A stretch of DNA of 64,000 nucleotides from Schmidtea nova (taxonomy: Eukaryota): NCBI GenBank assembly GCA_044892505.1, contig CM097883.1, positions 55,366,001-55,430,000 on the forward strand. The letters are read 5' to 3'. Positions 12,086 through 21,890 of the stretch are shown here, piece by piece. Numbering within the stretch: position 1 is the first letter of the stretch; each line of letters begins with the position of its first letter. The position numbers and the translations under genes were made by a program. The notes beneath the pieces were generated by a model. That model was given only the letters and a program-made list of their open reading frames with translations, made no database searches and was not told the origin of the DNA.

Positions 12086-12882
12086 TTATCGATGCAAAAA
12101 TGCTTTTTAATTTGATTGTTTTTTACTTCTGACACCATTGTTGAGTTTTTGTTTAATAAAAGATAGAACTGAAAATAGAACTGAACAATATTTATTTTTA
12201 TTACAATTTTCTTATCCTCCATTTCTTCCCATCTAGAATATTAAAACAAAGTTAGTTCTGTTTCAATGTTGGTAATATATTTTAATAATTTTATCTAATC
12301 AATTTTTAAGAATTAAGATTTAGCAGATAAAAGGTCACCACTATGGTTTATTCACCATTTTCTTAAATATGGTTTGTTCACCATTTTCTTAAATATGGTT
12401 TGTTCACCATTTTCTTAAATATGGGTTGTTCACCATTTTTTTAAATATGGTTTGTTCACCATTTTCTTAAATATGGCTTGTTTATCATTTTTCATAAGAT
12501 AGAATATGGTTAACTTTTTGATCAGTATATCTTGTTGGTTATTATTATTAATTAGAGTTTAGTTATTTAGATAATATACGTTTTAGATAAAGTGAGGAAA
12601 TCATTTAAAATAATGGTGACATCGACCTGAATTAAGTCCTAATCTATCATCTAAATTGTGTAGATGATGATCTACCCACTTGCAGCGCCAACATCATCTG
12701 TGCATTTGTATGTGAAAGTTGCATTTATAGGACGCAAATATTCCATAAATGGTTGCTCCGAAAGGAGTTGAAGAAATGTTAATGTTATTTTTAATAAATG
12801 TTTAGATTTATTATGTTTATTTTCTTAAACTTTTTATTAGAAGTGGTTGTTTTTGTTAAGATTTGTGAACTTTATAGTTTGA

Positions 12883-12883
<1 letters not shown>

Positions 12884-12956
<73 letters not shown>
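12884..12956. repeat. (ATA)n microsatellite
   Basis: Uninterrupted aat run. Confidence 0.95.
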
Positions 12957-13512
12957 TAATAAAAATGTAATTCAACAATACAAGCCATATATGATGCATT
13001 ACCAAACACTTCGAAGAAAATCGTACCTTCAACGATATAAAAAACACAAATTAATTTAAAGCCCCTAAAGAATCAAATCAAAATGTAACAAAAAAGAAAT
13101 CAAGAAAACAAAGAAAAACAATGGCTCCTAGACATGAATCGGAAGATCCATGCCTACTGATGTTCCCTGTAAACATCCCATATCTAAGAACATCATCAAA
13201 GAACAAAAACCAAGAACTTCAATCATAGAAAAATCAAAGAAACCAAAGAAAAGAGATAACTGCGCAAAGACTCTAAAATTCCGCACTTGAATCCAAAATA
13301 ACTAGAAGTAAAGGATATCATGGACTTACGGGGTGAACCCACCTCTGTCTTTGTATGCCTCGTCTGCTAATTGACGAGAGATTGACGAAGATTATTTTAC
13401 CATCGAAAATTTTCTCAGTAATAAAATTGTTTTTGCAAGTAGTTAGATAATGGCCCTTTGGCGCACTTAAATTCTACCCACCCCCCACCCCCCTAGAAAA
13501 TTTTTTTTCTCT

Positions 13513-13655
13513 GCGTTGACATGCCACTATGTTTTTTCTGGCCATTTTTGTATTGGAAATTTATTGTCGGTCTTTTGTACAGGTGCGTTAGCGGGCCATT
13601 ATGTTTTTGGGTCGATCTTTTGTATTGGAAAACTTTTGTCGGTCTTTTGTACAGG
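13513..13655. repeat. ~71-bp subterminal tandem repeats (two units on the left; three on the right at ~26315-26530)
   Basis: tgcgtt...ttttgtattgga..tt.ttgtcggtcttttgtacagg units, with different copy number in the two arms. Confidence 0.8.
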
Positions 13656-14223
13656 GATTTTTAGCTCCGAGATTTTTCTCGGGCAAAAAGGGACTCTGGT
13701 ATTTTTGTACATGAAATTTTGGTCTGGATTTTTTTTTGTACAGGGATTTTGGGCTCCGAGATTTATTTTAGCAAAAGGGACTCTGGTATTTTGTACAGGG
13801 AATTTTGATTGGGGTTTTTTGTACAGCAGTTTCTTCTCCCAGATTTTTCTAGGGCAAAAAAGGACTCTGCTAATTTTGAACTGAAATTTTAATGGTAAAT
13901 AAAAACACGTGTAAATATTTTAAACTAGTAAAATACATTGAAATTATTTTGAATAGGATTTTCAATTCCCACAATTTCTCGGGCAAAAAGGGACTCTAGT
14001 TATGTGATAGTTGAAATGACACAATATTTAAAATTTAATAAAAAAAAAGGGTATAATTAATTTTTTGGAGAAATCAGAGTTGGTAAATTTTTAAATATAA
14101 AATTAAATTCTTTTTTCACAAAATTCTTTTTTAAACCAATAAAAGTCTTAACTAATAAAAAGAAACATTTTTAACTAATAAAAATTCATATAAATAAAAA
14201 GAAACCTTTTTAATTAAATTTTA

Positions 14224-17200
14224 TTAAAATAAATCTTCTTCATCGTCTTCTTCTGTAACTTGATTGAATTTTCTGTCATTAATGTCTTTATAATGCCCGT
14301 ATGCACAACTTTCATTTTTTCCCACCCAAACCCTTTTATCATCTTTATTACTTAGTGCAATCTTTGAATTTTTAAAGCTATATAACTGATGATTTTTTGT
14401 ACCTATTCTAAATTGTGGTGCACTAATCTCTGAGTTATTTAAATAACATTTTACATATGAATCGTGGTCTATTTTAGTATCCTTTAATGTTGCTCCCTTA
14501 GCTTTTGTAGTATTAGTTTTACCCAACAAGCTGTAACATTTCGGTCTAAGGAAAATCCACTCATCATATCCTTCACCCTTACTTTCATCTTTAAATTTCC
14601 CAATAACAGAATCCAATTTCTTGCTGTATAGTGGGTGATCAGTTGGATAATTTGATGTATCTAACAAGTTATCATTTTTCATTTGATTTAATAATATTTC
14701 TAATTTTAGATTTTTAATTTCTAGGAAAAACGAATCTGTATCGCCTGCTACGATATTTATCTGACAACTATATTTGTCGCGATATTTTTGTAAATCTTTG
14801 TATTGTAATTCGTACATTCGAAGTTTTGATAAATCAAGCACCGATTGTCCAATATAACTCGGTCTATCTAAACAAATCGAATCTGGATTTAATAAAGCAG
14901 CAACTAAATTATCGTCGATTTTAATAGATTTTTTGAAAGAAGGTTTGGATGTATATTTAACTAGTTTTTTCTCCGTTGTACATAATCTTAAATTCATTCT
15001 CCTTTTAAGATTTTCCACTGTTTTGCCATACAGACTATTATTGAGTAATTTGAAAAAGTTTTTATCTAAAGTATTAGTACTTTTCGCCCACAATTCAGTG
15101 TTGTTGTCTATATATTTTTTGAAAATTGGATATTGCTTAAATTTAACTGCTCTATTTATCTTTGTGACTTTAACACCAAGTTCTAAATATAATTGAAGTA
15201 ATCGCCAATGAATTATATAATTCTTTTTAGGGTAATGAGTCAATAGTAATTTTTCTACTTTTGAACCTCGTGGTTTCATTTTTTCTGCAGCTACCGGGAA
15301 ATCATCCAAGAAATCATGAATTTCAGCAGGTATTTCCAAATCTACCTCTAAAGTGTAACCGTAAGATATAGATTCAAGATTTAGATTAATACAGTCATGC
15401 AAAATATTATCTAAATTATCAGTCACCCAACTAAATTCTCCACAAGGTAAAGGTTGACTTAAAGCCCATCCGTAAAGATTATTTATATCGATGTACAATA
15501 ATTCTGTATTTTCATCGGTTTTAACGAAGTGTTTATTTACAAAAGTCAAACCTCCTCGAATTCCCCCTTCATAAAAGCTAAAAATTTCATTTTCTGTTAT
15601 TAATTCTATTGGTTCATCTAAAGTCATTAAAGAAGATGACCAAGACATGCCAGGAATACCAAAGTAATTCAATGGCTCTAATCTATTGTGAGCTATAGAT
15701 TTGGTTCGAAATTGCTGAATAAAATCAGCCAAAAGAAAGCAATCAAGTTTCAAGTAAGTCAGCATATAATCTAAAAGAGTAACACAGTTTGTTTCTGTCC
15801 AAATCAGTTGTGCCTTTTCATATTCTTCTTTTGAAACACCTTTCCAGATTGGTGGTAACTCATAAGTATTTTCAAGTACTTCTAAACTTGTAGCAAAGCT
15901 ATACGGAAAAATACCCTTTTCAGAAACTATAGTTCCATTAAAAACCGAATTTGTCAAAGGTAAAGATTTCAACGTTTTCACTGCCTTTGCCAAAGAATCA
16001 TTCACAAACTGGTATGAGTCTATAAATCTTAAACTAATCTTGCCAACATCAGCTATCAATGAAATAAAATTTTCAGTTGTAATAGGTATACAACACAATG
16101 ACCAATTCTTGAACTTATTTAATCCATGTTTAAGAATATGGTGCATATCGTATCCTTTCAAGTTATGAAAAACTATTGGTAAAGACTTATTGATTTTTCT
16201 ATTAATGTTACACGTTTGACATGCTGCACCTAAATATTTCCCAGTGAAATGGTCGTGGTCTCTTACAGGATCTACGATATTTTTCATGCAAAGGTAACAA
16301 GTGGTACCATTTTTAAATTGTTCCTCTTCAATTTCAGTCAATCTATTCATTGGTTTGTTTCCATTTTTATTGTAATAAGGAAGAACTTTTAATAAAGCAA
16401 TATCTTCAACCGCTTTTAAAAAGTCTTCTACACAATTTAGCCCAATAAATTGTTGGTAAGATTTTGTCCCATCAAAGTTATTTATTAACAAAAGCCCCGC
16501 AGAAATTGGCAAGTGTTTCTGATAATATACATCATCCTTTGGTAAAATAGCTTCAAAGTCTGCATAAATAACGAATGGTGGGGTAACAGTTTTTGACCAA
16601 TCTGTAAATTTTAGCATTTTATTTTCCGGGAAAGTGTATAATGTTGTTCCTAGTTGATTTTTTCTGCATAAAATCTCATGTTTTTCCAATGATAATTTAT
16701 TTGGAAAACCATTTAAACATCTACTGCACCATTCGCTTCTTATCCTAGTAGTACAATAAATGCTTTGGTGACAATTCATTAAACGTTTTAAATTTATAAT
16801 AGGTACATAATGATATTTTTCCCCTTCATTTAATAACAATAAATTTATAGTTTTTCCTTCTGTTACTTTGGACCGATGAATAATATCCAAATGAGGATGC
16901 TTTAAAATATAATCATCTTGCTCTTCATTAATTTCATTATTATAACATAGTACATTTATGATCAATCCTGGATTCTTTGCCTCGAATTTTCTGATACTAT
17001 TTAATTTCATGGGCATGTCTGATATATCATATTTGAGCTCTGACAAAAAATTTATATATTTTGATACTCTTTCTCTATCTTTAGATATTAAATCATATTT
17101 TAATATAGCTAAAATGCTATATAAAAAACATAAATTATCCTTATTATCGATGTTTAATATACATCTCTTTCCTTTTAATCCTTGAGGAGTTTTTACAATG

Positions 17201-18060
17201 CTTTTACCTGCTAACCTACTTATATTGGATATCTTAGTTACAACAAAACTTATTTCAGTAATACGATTAAGTACCCAACTGCTACCTAATTCCGAAAATG
17301 AAGTTATCTTTTCATTCAATTTTTTAATTCCCTCTTCGAAAAATGTCTGTGTCAGAGGTTTTGCACTATTGGAAATATTGTTTCTTTTAATTTCTCCATC
17401 TTTCTCAAATTCAACACAGATACCAAATTGTATCTTCACATAGCCTATTTCGTTAATTATTTCTATTAATTTATTAATTAATGATTGTGGAAAAATAATT
17501 TGCTTTATATTTAAATCACTAGTGTTAATTTTTAAAATCCTATGCCATCCATTTAAATCACTTTCAATGACAGGGAGAGGTTCTTTAACACTTCCTCCAG
17601 TTTGATAAAATCCAACGTTCCAAAATTCTTCAATCTCTTCCACCGTTTCAATTAAAATCTTGTTTTCATCCGTTTCGTCCGCTTCCATCGCTTCTAATAA
17701 AATCTTATCTTCAATCTCTTCTTGTAAATTTTGTGATTTCTTGTTTATTTCTATGTTCAATTTAATCTTTTTATTATTTATAGGGTTTTGAGTCAAGTTT
17801 GGTCTTTTAAATAATTTTATTTTCTTAGACCTATATTCATTTAAATGATCCTTATGATCATCGTAAAAAATTTTATATGTAAGGGGTTGGGAAGTTTGGC
17901 ATACGGGACATATATAATAGCGAATTTTATAATAAGAGTGTCCATAATATTGCTCCATTGATCGATGACAATTATCGTTGTGGTAGTTGAAAAGCAATAA
18001 TTTGGGTATAAAGCACCTATGAATGTAAATTAATGTTAAAAATAATAATAATATTATCAA
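14224..18060 (-). CDS. Protein-primed family B DNA polymerase (Polinton pPolB), left copy
   Basis: Uninterrupted 1278-codon frame. Exonuclease motifs IYADFE, FHNLKGYD, YLKLD; CxxC...DHDHFTGKYLGAACQTCN endonuclease VII-like motif; polymerase motifs YIDINNLYG, KLLNNSLYGK, GDTDS, KCYS. Confidence 0.95.
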   Translation of the reverse strand: MIILLLFLTLIYIHRCFIPKLLLFNYHNDNCHRSMEQYYGHSYYKIRYYICPVCQTSQPLTYKIFYDDHKDHLNEYRSKKIKLFKRPNLTQNPINNKKIKLNIEINKKSQNLQEEIEDKILLEAMEADETDENKILIETVEEIEEFWNVGFYQTGGSVKEPLPVIESDLNGWHRILKINTSDLNIKQIIFPQSLINKLIEIINEIGYVKIQFGICVEFEKDGEIKRNNISNSAKPLTQTFFEEGIKKLNEKITSFSELGSSWVLNRITEISFVVTKISNISRLAGKSIVKTPQGLKGKRCILNIDNKDNLCFLYSILAILKYDLISKDRERVSKYINFLSELKYDISDMPMKLNSIRKFEAKNPGLIINVLCYNNEINEEQDDYILKHPHLDIIHRSKVTEGKTINLLLLNEGEKYHYVPIINLKRLMNCHQSIYCTTRIRSEWCSRCLNGFPNKLSLEKHEILCRKNQLGTTLYTFPENKMLKFTDWSKTVTPPFVIYADFEAILPKDDVYYQKHLPISAGLLLINNFDGTKSYQQFIGLNCVEDFLKAVEDIALLKVLPYYNKNGNKPMNRLTEIEEEQFKNGTTCYLCMKNIVDPVRDHDHFTGKYLGAACQTCNINRKINKSLPIVFHNLKGYDMHHILKHGLNKFKNWSLCCIPITTENFISLIADVGKISLRFIDSYQFVNDSLAKAVKTLKSLPLTNSVFNGTIVSEKGIFPYSFATSLEVLENTYELPPIWKGVSKEEYEKAQLIWTETNCVTLLDYMLTYLKLDCFLLADFIQQFRTKSIAHNRLEPLNYFGIPGMSWSSSLMTLDEPIELITENEIFSFYEGGIRGGLTFVNKHFVKTDENTELLYIDINNLYGWALSQPLPCGEFSWVTDNLDNILHDCINLNLESISYGYTLEVDLEIPAEIHDFLDDFPVAAEKMKPRGSKVEKLLLTHYPKKNYIIHWRLLQLYLELGVKVTKINRAVKFKQYPIFKKYIDNNTELWAKSTNTLDKNFFKLLNNSLYGKTVENLKRRMNLRLCTTEKKLVKYTSKPSFKKSIKIDDNLVAALLNPDSICLDRPSYIGQSVLDLSKLRMYELQYKDLQKYRDKYSCQINIVAGDTDSFFLEIKNLKLEILLNQMKNDNLLDTSNYPTDHPLYSKKLDSVIGKFKDESKGEGYDEWIFLRPKCYSLLGKTNTTKAKGATLKDTKIDHDSYVKCYLNNSEISAPQFRIGTKNHQLYSFKNSKIALSNKDDKRVWVGKNESCAYGHYKDINDRKFNQVTEEDDEEDLF

Positions 18061-19019
18061 ATTATATATTTACAAATATTTTACTATATTTATTTACTAA
18101 ATTAATTAAAAGTTAATCAAATTAATTAACATTAATCAAAACTTACATTGAACATTCAATACCACATCATGTATAACTCCATTAATCATAATATTTTTGT
18201 CACCAACAATTTTAGGTTGTACGGTAGTTTGTTCAGTCATATTTACATCACCTAAAGTAAAAGTTAAATAATTTACTAACTTAATGATTAAGTACCATTT
18301 TCTTCCGCATTTTCTAACATCGATTTCAAAATTGAATTATTGATATTACCTAAATTAATACTAAATGATAATAAATTAAAAAATAAATTTACCATTTTCT
18401 TTTCCACTTGGGTTTTCGTTCATAAAACTTGTTATAATGTTCATTTTAAATGTTTATTATTTGTTAAAGTGAATAATGAATGAAAAAGGATTGTTTATAT
18501 ATCAAAGTTATTACACACACATAACCTTTGACCAATAAAAATCGAGTAAGGGGTAGGAAATTTTTATTATCAACCAATCAGAATTGAGTAAAGGGTAGGA
18601 AATTTATTCTTATTAGCCAATCAGAATCGAGTAAGAGGCAGTAAAGGTATTATTATTATCAAATTAAGTTCAAGAAAATGATAGATAATTATGACTAATC
18701 ATATATTACGTTGCAGTATTTGAAAAAACTAGAAAAGTTATTTCAACAAATTATAATACACATCAAAGTTATAAAATATTTCAATGAATTGCATGCATGT
18801 CATATGATTAAAATATATTAGACTAAATATTTCAGTAAATTACATCTAAATTATATTACATTTCAATAATTACGTCAATAATTACGTTCAATAATTACAC
18901 ACAAAACTTTTATAATTTTCATTAGTATATGATAGAAAATTAAATTATATCTACATATGATTACAATAAATATTCGATAAATCTATGCTAAATAGTCGAA
19001 AAATCCTGTATTTTATTAC

Positions 19020-19860
19020 AAAGCACATGTGCATCACAAAAATATCGATATACATAATTTTTAATAAAGCTATTTTGTAGAAAATTAAATTTTATCTCTA
19101 CAGTATTACAATGAAAACTTATTTAAGTTACTTTATATAGACGAAAAATGCAAAATTACTTACAAAACATGTGTGTATTACAAACACACCAACAAACTAA
19201 TTTTCTAATCAAGCCATTTTATAGAAAATTAAATTTTACTTATACTTTATTACAATGAAAATTCAATAAATTTATTTTATATACATGAAAAATGCAAAAT
19301 TAATTACAAAACACGTGTGTAACACGAAAAACGACAACTTTTAGATTTTGAATCAAGCCATTTTATAGATATTTAAACTTTATCTATACTTTATTAAAAT
19401 GAAAACTCAATAAATTAATTTTATATACATGAAAAATGCAAAATTAATTACAAAACACGTGTGTATTACAAACACACCAACAAACTAATTTTCTAATTAA
19501 GCTATTTTGTAGAAAATTAAATTTTACTTATACTTTATCACAATGAAAAATACATAAAGTTACTTTATATTGTTAAAAATTTGAAAATTCAAAAAAAAAC
19601 ACGTGTGCATCGCAAAATACGACAACCTTCAGATTTCTAATAAAGCCATTTTGTAGACAATTAAATTTTATCTATACAATATTACAATGAAAATTCAAAA
19701 AAGTTATTTTATTTAGGTGAAATATACAAATTTAATGACAAAACACGTGTGCACAACACAATACACAACAATTTAAGATTTAAACAAAGCAATCTTGTAG
19801 ATAATTAAATTCTGCCTATACATTGTTACACTAAAAAACTGATCGGGCCTGAATAAAGTA
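19020..19860. repeat. Degenerate ~144-bp tandem array (about six units), mirrored at ~20120-20960
   Basis: aaaaCA(C/T)GTGtg recurs at ~19021, 19164, 19306, 19450, 19595 and 19739, with shared A/T-tract blocks. Confidence 0.85.
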
Positions 19861-21319
19861 TCAAAAACCCCATTAGAAAAAACGGGAGAGTAGACAGATG
19901 TGTGCACTCCAAAAAAAAATTTTTTTTTATGACTCATCGTTTGTGTGTGTGTAAAAAAAATTAATCGGGGGGGAGGGGGGGTTCGCAAAAAAAAAGTACC
20001 CCCCCGGGGGGTTACTTGATTTTGATTGGTTATGGCTCATCGATTACGTAATATGTCTTTGTTCTGGAGTGCACACATCTGTCTACTCTCCCGTTTTTTC
20101 TAATGGGGTTTTTGATACTTTATTCAGGCCCGATCAGTTTTTTAGTGTAACAATGTATAGGCAGAATTTAATTATCTACAAGATGGCTTTGTTTAAATCT
20201 TAAATTGTTGTGTATTGTGTTGTGCACACGTGTTTTGTCATTAAATTTGTATATTTCACCTAAATAAAATAACTTTTTTGAATTTTCATTGTAATATTGT
20301 ATAGATAAAATTTAATTGTCTACAAAATGGCTTTATTAGAAATCTGAAGGTTGTCGTATTTTGCGATGCACACGTGTTTTTTTTTGAATTTTCAAATTTT
20401 TAACAATATAAAGTAACTTTATGTATTTTTCATTGTGATAAAGTATAAGTAAAATTTAATTTTCTACAAAATAGCTTAATTAGAAAATTAGTTTGTTGGT
20501 GTGTTTGTAATACACACGTGTTTTGTAATTAATTTTGCATTTTTCATGTATATAAAATTAATTTATTGAGTTTTCATTTTAATAAAGTATAGATAAAATT
20601 TAAATATCTATAAAATGGCTTGATTCAAAATCTAAAAGTTGTCGTTTTTCTTGTTACACACGTGTTTTGTAATTAATTTTGCATTTTTCATGTATATAAA
20701 ATAAATTTATTGAATTTTCATTGTAATAAAGTATAAGTAAAATTTAATTTTCTATAAAATGGCTTGATTAGAAAATTAGTTTGTTGGTGTGTTTGTAATA
20801 CACACATGTTTTGTAAGTAATTTTGCATTTTTCGTCTATATAAAGTAACTTAAATAAGTTTTCATTGTAATACTGTAGAGATAAAATTTAATTTTCTACA
20901 AAATAGCTTTATTAAAAATTATGTATATCGATATTTTTGTGATGCACATGTGCTTTGTAATAAAATACAGGATTTTTCGACTATTTAGCATAGATTTATC
21001 GAATATTTATTGTAATCATATGTAGATATAATTTAATTTTCTATCATATACTAATGAAAATTATAAAAGTTTTGTGTGTAATTATTGAAATGTAATATAA
21101 TTTAGATGTAATTTACTGAAATATTTAGTCTAATATATTTTAATCATATGACATGCATGCAATTCATTGAAATATTTTATAACTTTGATGTGTATTATAA
21201 TTTGTTGAAATAACTTTTCTAGTTTTTTCAAATACTGCAACGTAATATATGATTAGTCATAATTATCTATCATTTTCTTGAACTTAATTTGATAATAATA
21301 ATACCTTTACTGCCTCTTA

Positions 21320-21460
21320 CTCGATTCTGATTGGCTAATAAGAATAAATTTCCTACCCTTTACTCAATTCTGATTGGTTGATAATAAAAATTTCCTACCC
21401 CTTACTCGATTTTTATTGGTCAAAGGTTATGTGTGTGTAATAACTTTGATATATAAACAA
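21320..21460 (+). promoter_or_regulatory. Putative promoter: three ~40-bp tandem units each with an inverted CCAAT box, then TATATAAA (mirror copy at ~18495-18640 on the minus strand)
   Basis: tactc(g/a)att.t.ATTGG occurs three times, TATATAAA is at ~21450, and the leader-ORF ATG is at 21507. Confidence 0.6.
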
Positions 21461-21506
21461 TCCTTTTTCATTCATTATTCACTTTAACAAATAATAAACA
21501 TTTAAA

Positions 21507-21815
21507 ATGAACATTATAACAAGTTTTATGAACGAAAACCCAAGTGGAAAAGAAAATGGTAAATTTATTTTTTAATTTATTATCATTTAGTATTAATTTA
21601 GGTAATATCAATAATTCAATTTTGAAATCGATGTTAGAAAATGCGGAAGAAAATGGTACTTAATCATTAAGTTAGTAAATTATTTAACTTTTACTTTAGG
21701 TGATGTAAATATGACTGAACAAACTACCGTACAACCTAAAATTGTTGGTGACAAAAATATTATGATTAATGGAGTTATACATGATGTGGTATTGAATGTT
21801 CAATGTAAGTTTTGA
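21507..21815 (+). CDS. Small spliced ORF upstream of pPolB, unknown product (mirror copy in the left arm)
   Basis: Exons 21507-21558, 21602-21655 and 21700 onward are joined by 43- and 44-nt GT-AG phase-1 introns and give an open frame MNIITSFMNENPSGKENGNINNSILKSMLENAEENGDVNMTEQTTVQPKIVGDKNIMINGVIHDVVLNVQC. It ends KF* at 21815 or splices on through GTAAGT (21805) to AG (21934). Confidence 0.55.
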
Positions 21816-21890
21816 TTAATGTTAATTAATTTGATTAACTTTTAATTAATTTAGTAAATAAATATAGTAAAATATTTGTAAATATATAAT

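Larger units (their letters stand above)
6586..12342 (-). mobile_element. Full-length, degenerate Ty3/Gypsy LTR retrotransposon
   Basis: LTRs at 12139-12342 and 6586-6812 (TG...CA on the minus strand; the outer end of the 5' LTR is mutated). PBS TGGTGTCAGAAGT at 12125-12137, G-rich PPT at 6813-6822, 5-bp TSD ATGGT at 6581-6585 and 12343-12347. Order is gag-PR-RT-RH-IN. Confidence 0.93.
6477..12490. repeat. 26-bp minisatellite (ATGGTTT(A/G)TTCACCATTTTCTTAAAT)n, split by the Gypsy insertion into 6477-6585 and 12343-~12490
   Basis: Four units on the left and about five on the right, head-to-tail with no spacers. Each unit has an internal ATGGT/ACCAT inverted repeat. Confidence 0.9.

Noticed and set aside
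6477-12490. 26-bp repeats with an internal dyad as a CRISPR array
   Set aside because: Units are contiguous with no spacers, the context is eukaryotic, and there are no cas-like ORFs.
12960-13430. Penelope-like retroelement 3' remnant at the Polinton insertion site
   Set aside because: Only a vague IPY motif and end-like sequence; no RT or GIY-YIG motif could be read.
13516-13884. ORFs in the subterminal repeats (also 26077-26466)
   Set aside because: They arise from T/G-rich tandem repeats, and length and frame differ between the arms.
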